A DNA stretch of 64,000 nt from Planctomycetota bacterium (GTDB taxonomy: Bacteria; Planctomycetota; Phycisphaerae; UBA1845). The notes beneath the pieces were generated by a model that worked only from the letters and a program-made list of their open reading frames with translations, was not told the DNA's origin and did not search any database. The stretch covers positions 19,541 to 83,540 of the forward strand of contig JAJRWX010000033.1 in NCBI GenBank assembly GCA_024276605.1, given 5' to 3'. Positions 30,242 through 40,838 of this stretch are shown here, piece by piece; position 1 is the stretch's first letter, and each line of letters opens with the position of its first letter. The translations under genes were made by a program, and so were the position numbers.

Positions 30242-31750
30242 ATGAATAGATGGCCAGGTCCCACATCACTTGCGTTATGTCTAATCATAACACCGCACTT
30301 TCTTTTGACGGCATACGCGGAGGAAAGTCCTGACTCTTGGTACGCGCAAGGGCGTGCTGTCGTAGCTAAAGCAAAGAAGATGAAACCCATGACCCATAAA
30401 GCCAGGAATGTGATTCTGTTTTTGGGAGATGGCATGGGTATCTCTACAGTGACGGCTGCCAGAATTCTCGATGGCCAGTTACGCGGCGAAAAAGGTGAAG
30501 AAAATCTTCTCAGTTTTGAATACTTTCCATACACGGCCTTGATCAAAACATACAACACGAATCAGCAAGTAGCCGACTCCGCCGGCACGATGAGCGCCAT
30601 CATAACCGGTATTAAAACCAAAGCCGGTGTGTTGTCCGTCAACCAACGGGTTGAACGAGGTAAGTATGAATCCGCAAAAGGCAACCGGGCGAAAACTATG
30701 CTTGAGTTAGCGGAACAGAAAGGAATAGCTACAGGTGTTGTCTCAACAGCCGCCATCACACACGCTACGCCCGCAGCCTGTTATGCCCACTCTCCCGATC
30801 GTGATTGGGAGAGTGATGCGCAACTCACCCACGAAGCACGTCAAGCCGGGTTTCCGGACATCGCTCGACAGTTGATCGAGTTTCCGTATGGCAACGGGCT
30901 TGAGGTAGTCTTGGGAGGTGGACGGCGACATTTTCTCCCTCAGTCTGAACAAGACCCGGAGCACCCGGCTATATTCGGCGCGCGGCTTGACAGAAGAAAT
31001 CTCACCGACGAATGGCTCACAAAACCACGATCAAGTTATGTTTGGAATGCTAAACAGCTCGATATCTTGGACATATCCCAAGTCGATCATGTATTGGGTT
31101 TGTTCGAGCCTGAGCATATGCAATTTGCATGTGAACGATCCGCTGATCCTGCCGGCGAGCCTTCGTTATCAGACATGACGGCCAAGGCGATCGACCTATT
31201 GCAACGGTTCCCCAAAGGCTATCTATTGATTGTCGAAGCAGGAAGAATCGATCATGCCCATCATGCCACAAACGCCTATCGGGCTTTGACCGACACGATC
31301 GAGTTATCCCATGCCGTCGCCATAGCCAGAAAAAAAACAGATCGTAACGATACGCTTATTGTGGTCACAGCGGACCATAGCCATGTGTTCACCATGGGAG
31401 GATATCCCATACGCGGTAATCCCATTTTGGGAAAAGTGACGGAGCATCATCCTCGTGGCATGCACCAAACTCGTCTTGCGAAGGACTTGGACAATCACCC
31501 GTATACAACACTGGGCTATCATAATGGTCCGATCACGCGTCAATCCGCGGCCAATGGCGATCTAACTTATGTCGATACGACGGATACTTCCTATCGCCAG
31601 GAAACCGCCGTTCACTTATGGTCTGAAACACATGGAGGTGAAGATGTCCCGCTTTATGCGGACGGTCCACAAGCACATTTGTTTCACGGCGTACTCGATC
31701 AACATGTCATCTTCCACGTTGTGGTCGAAGCATTAGGCTGGAACGAATAG
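30242..31750 (+). CDS. phoA: Alkaline phosphatase (PhoA/TNAP-like family)
   Basis: Signal peptide; NVILFLGDGMG, DSA active-site Ser, THATPA, VEAGRIDHAHH, TADHSH, THGGEDV. Confidence 0.93.
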   Translation: MNRWPGPTSLALCLIITPHFLLTAYAEESPDSWYAQGRAVVAKAKKMKPMTHKARNVILFLGDGMGISTVTAARILDGQLRGEKGEENLLSFEYFPYTALIKTYNTNQQVADSAGTMSAIITGIKTKAGVLSVNQRVERGKYESAKGNRAKTMLELAEQKGIATGVVSTAAITHATPAACYAHSPDRDWESDAQLTHEARQAGFPDIARQLIEFPYGNGLEVVLGGGRRHFLPQSEQDPEHPAIFGARLDRRNLTDEWLTKPRSSYVWNAKQLDILDISQVDHVLGLFEPEHMQFACERSADPAGEPSLSDMTAKAIDLLQRFPKGYLLIVEAGRIDHAHHATNAYRALTDTIELSHAVAIARKKTDRNDTLIVVTADHSHVFTMGGYPIRGNPILGKVTEHHPRGMHQTRLAKDLDNHPYTTLGYHNGPITRQSAANGDLTYVDTTDTSYRQETAVHLWSETHGGEDVPLYADGPQAHLFHGVLDQHVIFHVVVEALGWNE

Positions 31751-32025
31751 CCTGGAATCAACAGCTCAGCATTCGTCTTTTTAAGTTCGCAGATCAAAGA
31801 CCTATATTCCTAACAGTGCGTTACCTTCAAATCAATGCTGCCAGCTTCGCCATAATCCTTCGCTTATTATTTTGAACATTTATATTTGCTTCTCCAACCA
31901 GTGAATTTTACATTGAAGTCATACTGGTAGAGTGCCCAATAGCGTCTTCCTCCTGAGGAGCCGGCGTCGAATTTTATATTGGCTAATCTACATTCTACTA
32001 AGCTACAAAAGGGAGGGAAGCAAAT

Positions 32026-33276
32026 ATGTCGCAAAGAGAGTACCAAGCACAACGCAAGCGTCGTGCAGCCACGGCTATACAAGTCTTAATTTTATTGCCG
32101 GTCCTGATGGGGTTCGCTACGTTAACCGTAGACGTGGGGACTATATACAACGCTAAATCCGATATGCAGGATATCGTTGACGCTGCAGCGCTGGCGGCTA
32201 TTGGTGTGATAGCATACGCAGACCCCGACGATGGCAACTTGCTTTCCAATGCAGCCGATGCCGCTATGGAATACGCCGCGCGAAACAGCGTCTTATCCGG
32301 CTCGGTTGAACTTGATCCGGTCGATGATATCATATTCGGACATGCGTACTTCAACGATGTAGCTAATAGCTACAACTTCGTCCCAGGTGATACACCGACT
32401 AACGCGGTGCGTATCCGAATTCGACACACCGAGGATTCACCTAATGGAAGGCTTCCTCTTTTTCTAGCCGGCGCCTTTGGAAGCAATCTCGCAGACGTCT
32501 CCGCCGACGCTACCGCCATCTATACCGGAACGTGGTACGAGAAGGCCGATTGCTTTGATACTGTGCCCGCAGGCAGCGTTATGATGTGCCTGCACGGCGA
32601 CAGCGATGACAGTGATGATAGCGAAGCCGGTGATAGTGATGACAGTGATGACAGCGATACCGGTGATAGCGATGGTAGCGCAAACGGTGACCCTGACGAC
32701 AGTGATGACAGCGCCGCCGGTGATAGCGACGACAGCGATGATAGTAATCCATTTGATAGTGATTCGGATAGTCATACGGATAGTGATATCGGTGACAGCG
32801 AGAGCCATGACAGCAGCGGCGATAGCGACGCGGGTACCACGATCATCCTCCTAGAAACAGCTACACCTATTTACTTAAAGAAAGGTGCCACGATGGGACC
32901 ATGTAACTGTGACCCGGGTGATAGCGACGACAGTGACGACAGCGCCGCCGGCGATAGCGGCGATAGCGACGACAGTGACCCCGGCGATAGCGATGGCTCC
33001 ACCAACGGTGACAGCGATGACAGCGACGACAGCGAAGCTGGGGATAGCGACGATAGCGACGACAGCTCTCCCGGTGCCATCGATAGCGATAGCGATAGCG
33101 GTGTCGACAGTGTCGATCCACCGGCTAAAGTGACGATATGTCACATTCCGCCAGGCAACCCGGCAAATGCCCATACGATCACCATTAGTGCGAATGCATT
33201 GGCAGCGCACATGGCGCACGGCGACACGACGGGGATTTGTACCCCGAAGAAAAAAATCCGTGTTTTCCTAATCTAA
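32026..33276 (+). CDS. TadG/Flp-pilus-assembly-like protein with long Asp-Ser repeats and C-terminal Cys/His mini-domains
   Basis: RRAATAI..LPVLMGFATLTVDVG..MQDIVDAAALAA Tad N-terminus, two blocks of GDSDDSDDSxx, and KVTICHIPPGNPANAHTITI..AHMAHGD. Confidence 0.8.
   Translation: MSQREYQAQRKRRAATAIQVLILLPVLMGFATLTVDVGTIYNAKSDMQDIVDAAALAAIGVIAYADPDDGNLLSNAADAAMEYAARNSVLSGSVELDPVDDIIFGHAYFNDVANSYNFVPGDTPTNAVRIRIRHTEDSPNGRLPLFLAGAFGSNLADVSADATAIYTGTWYEKADCFDTVPAGSVMMCLHGDSDDSDDSEAGDSDDSDDSDTGDSDGSANGDPDDSDDSAAGDSDDSDDSNPFDSDSDSHTDSDIGDSESHDSSGDSDAGTTIILLETATPIYLKKGATMGPCNCDPGDSDDSDDSAAGDSGDSDDSDPGDSDGSTNGDSDDSDDSEAGDSDDSDDSSPGAIDSDSDSGVDSVDPPAKVTICHIPPGNPANAHTITISANALAAHMAHGDTTGICTPKKKIRVFLI
32596..33117 (+). 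repeat. Coding tandem repeat (33-nt GDSDDSDDSxx units) in two duplicated blocks
   Basis: Blocks starting at 32596 and 32917 share the unit order 11,11,8,11,11 aa with heavy synonymous variation. Confidence 0.9.
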
Positions 33277-33563
33277 TAAGGGATCGCCGAAAGAAATGTT
33301 CTCTTGACGAGGGCCACGTACAAACGTGGTCCTCGTTGTTTTTTAGGACCGACACCATTGTCCACACAATCATATACTGAAGTGTGAAAGAGGATATCAC
33401 TGCCCAGTATATCGAGCTGCATGCTTCAGCTTACGCTGCGTTTCGAAGCTTGTACTGTATCCAGTGAATAATGTAGCGACCTCTAACTGTTGAACGCGAT
33501 GGAATACCGGTTGTCCCAGCGTCATCGAACAATCAATAACCTGAGCTTGTTGGCCAATGTGAG

Positions 33564-35333
33564 ATGGATATGCCTGCTTTGTCGCCAGAAACTCCCGCGC
33601 GAGTAGACCAGGGTGATTCATATACGGATAGCCCGCACCTTGTAGTAGAACCCGAGTCATCCGAGACGCTGGTTGTTGGTCGTAATTCTCAAGACCATCT
33701 TACACACGAATATGCAGATCACAGCCGTGAAGATCGTGAATTAGGGCGTGGGCGCTCAGGCGTTGTTTTCCTGAGTCGTGACGCATTTGGCCGCAGTACG
33801 GCCCGTAAAGTCTTCGGTGCCTCGGGACTCACTAAAGCCGTTCAATATGCTTTCCTCGGCGCCCCCAACCCCTACATGTGGTGCGAGCCGGCTGCCAAGG
33901 CTGCTTTTTTGCGGCGAAGGATACTATCTGAGTTGGTTCACTATTGGTTTGGTGACAAATTGCGCGTCGCACATGCTTACGATTACGGTTGGAACGATCG
34001 TTATCGCGCTTTTGAAATGCGATGCGAACTCATCACCGGTCGACATGTCGCGTTGCATCATGGCCAACATCCGACAGAAACAAAAGAGCTGCCCGAGATT
34101 ACAAAACAAATCATGGAACCGCTTCAGCAGCGTCTGACTGAATCAGGATTTGATGGATTAGTATGGCAAGCAGGCCTTGGCAACCCCGTAGCACTGAATA
34201 ACTTCATGCGCTATACCTCTCCCAACAGTCGTTCACATCAGTGGGCGTGGATCGATTTGGAATCCGGCGTACCGGCACTTATTCCCATGAACCCGTTGGA
34301 TTTACTTTCTTATTACCTGCCTAAATCGTTTCACCATCGCCGCCCGCTCTTTGACGATGTGGATGTGGACAAATTGAAACGCTATGTCAAATGCCAATCC
34401 AACGCGCTGATCGAACATCTTGGTGAATCGGCTGTGCGCCAGTTGGAGACTGATGTTGATAGGCTTGCTTCCTGCCAGGAAAAATGGAAAGGTTTATCCC
34501 GGCTCGAAGGGAGTATCGGTTACCAAGTGTCACGCGGGTCCATCAATCGGACTCAAGCTCAGTGGTATGCACAACATCCCTGGTCATGGTACAAACGAGA
34601 GTTGGGACGAGTAGTCCGATCGATTCCATCACGTATTACCCATAGTGCACCGCGCCTCATCACCTATCTCGCAAACATCCGGATAGGACGACTATTGAAA
34701 ACATCATGGATGGCCATGCGTTCCCAGACCTATAGAGAATTTCTCACCCGTGAGTATGTTTCGACGAGAATCGATATCTGGACGGCCCGTGAACAATTGT
34801 CGGACCAACAAGCTCAACAACTTCGCAGCCACCTTGATGCGGAAGAAACTAATTCGTACATGACCGATTTCAGCGTCCAACTAGCGACCAAACCACTAGT
34901 CAAGTTGCTTCAATTCTGGATCATGCCCATCATATGGATGGCGGGTATCATCGATCCCACGCTACTCGCTGCATTTCTAGTGGCTGGTGGGTCTATGGTA
35001 CGTACCGCTTATACGCTCATGCGTATCGCACAAAATTCGTTGGCTGATCGTGAGAAACCCTGGGTTGCGCTACTTGTTGGTACGATTCCGGTTATCGGTA
35101 ATCTAGCCTTCCCTGCACAGATCGTCGCCAGTGGAAATAAAGAAGATCGTAAACTGGCACGCTTCATTATGCACGATACATTTAGCCGATTGGGGCAATG
35201 GCTACCGATTTGGGGAGGTCAAGATACACTGACCGAACACGTGATGAACCGTCTGCCCAATATATTTCTTCGCCCCATGAGGTCGGATGATAGTCCCCTA
35301 CATCTATCGCACCCTGATACGTCAACGATCTAA
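33564..35333 (+). CDS. Hypothetical protein: divergent kinase-like N-terminal domain plus C-terminal membrane segments
   Basis: ELGRGRSGVVF (Gly loop), ARKVF, ALNNF, WIDLESG; hydrophobic helices around aa 445-520. Confidence 0.6.
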   Translation: MDMPALSPETPARVDQGDSYTDSPHLVVEPESSETLVVGRNSQDHLTHEYADHSREDRELGRGRSGVVFLSRDAFGRSTARKVFGASGLTKAVQYAFLGAPNPYMWCEPAAKAAFLRRRILSELVHYWFGDKLRVAHAYDYGWNDRYRAFEMRCELITGRHVALHHGQHPTETKELPEITKQIMEPLQQRLTESGFDGLVWQAGLGNPVALNNFMRYTSPNSRSHQWAWIDLESGVPALIPMNPLDLLSYYLPKSFHHRRPLFDDVDVDKLKRYVKCQSNALIEHLGESAVRQLETDVDRLASCQEKWKGLSRLEGSIGYQVSRGSINRTQAQWYAQHPWSWYKRELGRVVRSIPSRITHSAPRLITYLANIRIGRLLKTSWMAMRSQTYREFLTREYVSTRIDIWTAREQLSDQQAQQLRSHLDAEETNSYMTDFSVQLATKPLVKLLQFWIMPIIWMAGIIDPTLLAAFLVAGGSMVRTAYTLMRIAQNSLADREKPWVALLVGTIPVIGNLAFPAQIVASGNKEDRKLARFIMHDTFSRLGQWLPIWGGQDTLTEHVMNRLPNIFLRPMRSDDSPLHLSHPDTSTI

Positions 35334-35511
35334 ACAACAACCATCCATAACCGTGTCGTATACTTATCTTATCGGGTGTGCGCTTTCGCTATCGGTCATA
35401 GGATGGTAAAGAGGTATTGTATATTCATGCTAGGGGATGTTGCATGATAGCATCATTTGGGTCTCCCCATGATTGGATTTGGATAATGCCCTAGGAGAGA
35501 GTTTGTAAGCC

Positions 35512-36831
35512 ATGCCTGACCATACATCATCTTCACGCCAGTATGTTGTGCCTTGTCTGCTCTTCGCAGCCATTTCGATTTTCTACACCATAGCCGCCTG
35601 TTTTTTTCCTATGGTCTATATTTGGGCTACCTATGAAGACCTGTTTGGCGAGTGGGTCCAATTTTGGTCCGTGATGATTGCCATGGCTGTGGCCGTTCGC
35701 CTGGTATTCATACGATCACGATTTCGCTGGTTTTTCGGCTTATTAGCGCTAAGTTGCCTGTACGTAGGCATGGAGGAAATCTCATGGGGTCAACGTATTT
35801 TCGGCTTCTCCTCCCCGACCTACTTCCGAGCCAATAACCTCCAAGGTGAAACCAATCTACATAATTTTTTCACCGGGCCGTATGGCACTACATTAAAAAG
35901 AATAACTACCTACGTGTTAGCTTTAGCATTAGCGAGTTACGGTCTTGTCTATCCCGCAGCCATACGTCTGAAAATCAGAATGGCCTGTTGGTTTGAAAAA
36001 CGTGGCGTCGCTGCCCCGCCTTTATATCTTTGGCCATTTTTTGCAGGTGCCGCACTATTGGAGCTGGGCTTTTTTCAGTTTAACGAAGCTGAGGTCGCTG
36101 AAGTAATGGTAGGCATAGGCTTGGCGTTAACTACTGTTCACTACATGTACATACTTGGTAGCCATAACAAACAGTCTACTTTTACTGATACGGCAACAGC
36201 AACCGTACCAAGTAACACGCGTAGCCTGCTAAAATATCAGGGTGCCGTCGTTGTACTCACCCTCATGTTCAGCGCCGGGACGACAATGGCTATTTACTCT
36301 TCTTCCAGAGGCGCAGCCATCGATCGTCGAATTGAAAATGGCGTGAAGAAATTCGCCGGTCGATACGCACGCCATCATGCCTGGGAAACCGCCATTACGT
36401 TGTACAAACGGGTTCAAAAAAATAATCCGCAGAGCGTAACAGTTTTACGCCAGCTAGCAGAGTGTTACATGGAGCTTGGCGAACATGAAACATTTCTCAT
36501 GTATTTGAATCAGGCCTTAGACATTGACCTTCAGCGATATAAAGAAAAACCTCGACGGGCATCGGTAAACCGTTCACTCACACGAACCTATCGTTTGCTA
36601 GGTGATGAGGAACGTGCACAGAAACATTTACAACGTGCACTTCGTATCGGTGTGAAACGGGTTAACAAGCAACCATCCAGCGCACCAGCTGCGTACTCGC
36701 TCGGAAAAACCTACTCGTTGGCAGCTCGATATAGTGAAGCCTTGCAACATCTCTCACGCGCATACAAAATGAATCCCACGTCTAAGAAATACCGTAAGGC
36801 CTATTACGCCGCCTTGAGAAAAGTGTCCTAA
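35512..36831 (+). CDS. Multi-TM membrane protein with C-terminal TPRs
   Basis: YED..GEW.Q, MEEISWGQRIFG, NLQGETNLHN family motifs, then TPR-like helices. Confidence 0.8.
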   Translation: MPDHTSSSRQYVVPCLLFAAISIFYTIAACFFPMVYIWATYEDLFGEWVQFWSVMIAMAVAVRLVFIRSRFRWFFGLLALSCLYVGMEEISWGQRIFGFSSPTYFRANNLQGETNLHNFFTGPYGTTLKRITTYVLALALASYGLVYPAAIRLKIRMACWFEKRGVAAPPLYLWPFFAGAALLELGFFQFNEAEVAEVMVGIGLALTTVHYMYILGSHNKQSTFTDTATATVPSNTRSLLKYQGAVVVLTLMFSAGTTMAIYSSSRGAAIDRRIENGVKKFAGRYARHHAWETAITLYKRVQKNNPQSVTVLRQLAECYMELGEHETFLMYLNQALDIDLQRYKEKPRRASVNRSLTRTYRLLGDEERAQKHLQRALRIGVKRVNKQPSSAPAAYSLGKTYSLAARYSEALQHLSRAYKMNPTSKKYRKAYYAALRKVS

Positions 36832-36838
36832 CTACTTT

Positions 36839-37786
36839 CTATGTCGGTTCGTGACTTTGTAACCGATCGATTTCATGCAAAATCGACTCCCAGTTCGGCC
36901 TCATATGGATCAACATGGGAAAAATTTGTCGGACGATGCCCTGCTTGTCGATGTAGTAGATCGTCGTGCGCTCGTATCGTGGGGTTTTCTCTTTGTTCAC
37001 ATCTGCAACAATATCAAAAGGCGGTGACTTCTTAAAATGCTTCAGTATCAGCTTAGCCGATTCCCATGCCTTGTCTTCCTGAGAAACCGCAATAACGACG
37101 GTATCACGCTTGGTGAATTCATCATACATACTCTGCAACTGAACCAGTTGCGTAGCACAAAACGGTCACCAGTAAGCACGATAGGTAGATACGATAACGT
37201 TCTTCTTCCCCAAGTAATGACTTAACGTCACCGAACGATCCTGAAAGCTTGTTATCTTGAAATCGTCGGCCTTGTCGCCAATATTCAAAACGTCTAGCGT
37301 ACCCCACGTTGAATCCGTGGCTGCCACCTCTCGCGCTCGCGCGTCAGGCTTAAGAGGGAGTGCCAATCTTTTGCGGAAAAAATATCCCGTATTATCACCC
37401 TTCCTATTCACATATCCTAATACGGTCAGACCGAACTCCTCAGCCATATTCGGCCATTGTTCAATCACAAATGATAAGCGTGTACGCGACTCCTTGAGAA
37501 GTTTCTCATAAGGAGAATGGATATATTCATTGTTCTTCAGGTCGGTCATGGATGTGAGTACTTTTCCAAGAAGCTTCACGTTGGGAGGGGCATGGATTTG
37601 CAATAGCGGCGCAGATAGCCCGGTTTCAGTTGTCGACCACCCGTCACCAGTAATTACCTCGATTACGATTTGTCCACGCTGTCCGGCTCCCCAATCTCTT
37701 GATATGATCTTGGCAGATACCTGAACGGCGTTATCCGGCACCCCCGCACCCAACACTACAGCCAATGTAATCATGGATGAAATCAT
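36839..37786 (-). CDS. Exported AhpC/TSA (peroxiredoxin-like) selenoprotein with UxxC and an N-terminal DsbD-N-like domain
   Basis: ORFs 37166-37786 and 36839-37138 are in frame across a single TGA (37166-37168), reading YRAYW-U-PFC. SECIS-like hairpin immediately 3'. Confidence 0.85.
37135..37151 (-). promoter_or_regulatory. Candidate bacterial SECIS hairpin
   Basis: GCAACTG-GTT-CAGTTGC perfect stem beginning 14 nt after the UGA, with G in the apical loop. Confidence 0.7.
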
Positions 37787-38149
37787 TTGTCCTCCAGTTC
37801 CTCAAAGACGCCAAGTCCACAAACTCATTCGATCACTACCCTCTATATCACCATGTTTCTTCGACACAATGCACAGTCATGTCACATGTCCACTCTAAAG
37901 CACCACAAGCAAGATAATATGGCCTGCTGACCCAGAATACGACGGCAAGCAAAGTATATCTCATCCCCATTCACACTATAACCTATTATTATACAAGTAC
38001 TTATACGATCACAAAAACAGGCAATACTATCTGATCTCAATTGTCGTCAACAGTCATGACACCGTTTACCTAAGTATCAGCATCATAGTCTGATGAAGAA
38101 TCTGCTATCAAAGCTCCGATAATAACCCGCAGAGTCTAGTGCCCCAAGA

Positions 38150-38800
38150 ATGGAGTCAAGGGACATGGGATCAGAAGATCCATCTCAGTTGCGTGCTCGG
38201 ACAGAGGAAAGTCGCCGACGCCCCTATGTGATTAGTGAGATACACGTCTGTTTTGACGGTGTGGGTGAGATCAAGGAGACTAAATCCACCGGCCCTGTGC
38301 ACCTTTACATCGAAGCGACGGATCAACACGGAGACATAGCCCCTTAGTTTGATGATTTTTGGTGGACAGGTCTTCTACAACGTTGGATCAATCGCATGGT
38401 TACGATCTACATCGAGGCCACTCCGCACGCCGTACTTCATCCTGTCGTATTGTATCATATGGATATGCTCGATCGTGTGGCTCCCCGTTGGCGTATGATC
38501 GCGTTAACGTATAGTAGTGACTTTGTGAACGATGATGCCGTCGATGCGATCGCTCAAGCCAGCTACCATGAAGTACGCTTTATGGATGGTTCTCGACCGA
38601 TTACTAACAATCTAGATCATCGCATATCCCATAAAGTCCAACTGGACGTGCTATTCGGCGATATTCGTCGTATACAGGCGCGTATCGGCGCCACGCGTCC
38701 TATTTTGACTCGGCTACCATCATCAGTTACGACTGCACGAGATTCTCAATTCAACGACAGTCGAACACACAAAAACGCGACCTCGCAGCAGACGCGCTAG
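38150..38800 (+). pseudogene. Hypothetical gene interrupted by an in-frame TAG at 38345-38347
   Basis: ORFs 38150-38347 and 38396-38800 share a frame. The linker reads ..GDIAP*FDDFWWTGLLQRWINRM.. with no further stop. Confidence 0.6.
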
Positions 38801-38949
38801 TGCCTTTCCACGCCAAGTGTCGTCTCGAATAGTCAAGGATCTTCGCAAGACGCACAGGCCCTGGCTATCCTGCTACGTATCGTTTGCTCTCGTTGGTCAC
38901 TCCTTTTTTACCATCGCCAGCAAGCACGTGTAAGGTTACTATACGCATC

Positions 38950-40203
38950 ATGCGTTTAGTCGTTCAAAAATTCGGTGGTACCAGCTTATCGTCAGCCGAG
39001 AAAATCCACCGGGCGGCGCGGCGAGCTATTCGTGCCAAGCTTGACGGATACCGTGTGGTGCTCGTGGTATCAGCTATGGGACATGCCACAAATGACTTGC
39101 TCGCTTTATCCAACGAAATATGCACCGAGCCTCCAAAACGCGAACTGGATATGCTACTGACAACAGGCGAACAGGTATCCATCGCTCTTACGGCTATGGC
39201 CATTCACGCAGCCGGCCATGAAGCGATTAGCCTGACGGCTGCTCAACTGGGATTGTATACGGACAGCGTCCACTTACGTGCGCGCATCAAGAACATCAAT
39301 CGGAACAGACTCGATCAAGAGCTGTCTAGTAATCGAATTGTCATCATCGCAGGTTTCCAGGGTATCGACATGAGTGGAGAAATCACTACTTTAGGTCGAG
39401 GCGCTTCGGATACAACCGCAGCGGCGTTGGCGGCGGTGCTTCACGCCCATCAATGCGAAATTTATACGGATGTCGACGGCGTATACACCACAGACCCGCG
39501 CATCGTACCGCAAGCGAAGAAAATTGATGAAATCAGCTACGATGTCATGTTGGAAATGGCGGCGGCCGGTGCTTCGGTGATGCACTCGAGAGCTATCGTC
39601 TTCGGCAAAAAGTTCGGTGTCCCCATACATGTAAGAAGTTCGATGACGGACGGAAAGGGAACGATGATTATGAACGAAACTTCTAGCATGGAAGAAGTGG
39701 TCGTCGAAGGTGTGACGCTCAAGGAAGATTTAGCGGTCATCTCACTCCACGGTGTACCTCATCAGGCCGGGTTGGCGGCGCGCATCTTTGCGGAACTAGG
39801 CCATCACCATATTTTGGTAGATGATATTGTGCAAAACATCTACGATGATGGAAAGTATGCCAATATCAGCTTTTCCATCAACACATCGGATGCCTCTACA
39901 GCGCACAACCTGTGTCAGCAATTGGCTCGTGACATGATCATCGAGAACGTCACCTTGGAACAGGGTGTGTCGAAAGTTAGCGCGGTAGGGGTAGGTATGC
40001 GTACGCATACCGGTACCGCTTCGACGATGTTCGAAGCGCTAGCTCAAGCCCAAATCAATATCAAAAATATCTCTACCAGCGAAATTGTCATTAGCTGTAT
40101 CGTCAACAGTACCGATGGTGTGCGTGCGCTGCGTAGTATCCACAACGCCTTCGGCTTGGACAATCACGATTCGCCATCCGACCAAATCAACCCGGCAAGA
40201 TAG
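38950..40203 (+). CDS. lysC: Aspartate kinase
   Basis: VVQKFGGTS, VVSAMG, TTLGRGASDTTA, IYTDVDG and two ACT domains. Confidence 0.96.
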   Translation: MRLVVQKFGGTSLSSAEKIHRAARRAIRAKLDGYRVVLVVSAMGHATNDLLALSNEICTEPPKRELDMLLTTGEQVSIALTAMAIHAAGHEAISLTAAQLGLYTDSVHLRARIKNINRNRLDQELSSNRIVIIAGFQGIDMSGEITTLGRGASDTTAAALAAVLHAHQCEIYTDVDGVYTTDPRIVPQAKKIDEISYDVMLEMAAAGASVMHSRAIVFGKKFGVPIHVRSSMTDGKGTMIMNETSSMEEVVVEGVTLKEDLAVISLHGVPHQAGLAARIFAELGHHHILVDDIVQNIYDDGKYANISFSINTSDASTAHNLCQQLARDMIIENVTLEQGVSKVSAVGVGMRTHTGTASTMFEALAQAQINIKNISTSEIVISCIVNSTDGVRALRSIHNAFGLDNHDSPSDQINPAR

Positions 40204-40205
40204 GC

Positions 40206-40838
40206 ATGGCTAGCCGAGCGCCATTACCGGATTCGATAGAGATGCCACCTGCATGGCGTCGGCACATGATCGTATGCCTACTGATCGGCTTGGGCGGTCT
40301 AACGGTCGTCTGTAATCGCACCGCTGTTGTCACACCCTCCGAAAACGATTGGGAACGTTATCATAACCAATCGTTTCGCGTCATGCGCGTTGTGGACGGC
40401 GATACGCTGGACATCGACGCCCCAGACGGTGTCAAACCAACGACACGCATACGTTTGTGGGGCGTAGACACGCCGGAGATAGCTAGAGGAAAAAAAGCCG
40501 GCATGTATTTCGGTGAGCAAGCATCAACTTTCGCCAAAAGCGTACTAGATAATCGCAGCGTGCATGTTGTCCTTTCCCCAAAAAACACGCGCGGCAGATA
40601 TGGGCGACTGCTCGCATACGTATTCCTTGAGCGCGGCGGCGACATGTTCAATGAAATGCTCATTTCGAAAGGATACGCCTACGCGGACCTACGTTATAAA
40701 CACCATTACTACAACCAATTTCGCGATCTCGAAAAGCGTGCCCGCCGAAGCGGCGTTGGCTTGTGGTCTCACGTGACGCTCGAGAAAATGCCAAAGTGTA
40801 AACAGCGGTATGAACGCAAACACAATAAGCATGAATAG
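40206..40838 (+). CDS. Thermonuclease (SNase) family protein, membrane-anchored
   Basis: RVVDGDT, IRLWGVDTPE, RYGRLLAYV, EKRARRSGVGLW. Confidence 0.93.
   Translation: MASRAPLPDSIEMPPAWRRHMIVCLLIGLGGLTVVCNRTAVVTPSENDWERYHNQSFRVMRVVDGDTLDIDAPDGVKPTTRIRLWGVDTPEIARGKKAGMYFGEQASTFAKSVLDNRSVHVVLSPKNTRGRYGRLLAYVFLERGGDMFNEMLISKGYAYADLRYKHHYYNQFRDLEKRARRSGVGLWSHVTLEKMPKCKQRYERKHNKHE

Noticed and set aside
32596-33117. Periodic repeats that could resemble a CRISPR array
   Set aside because: They are in-frame coding repeats with synonymous variation, without unique spacers or cas genes.
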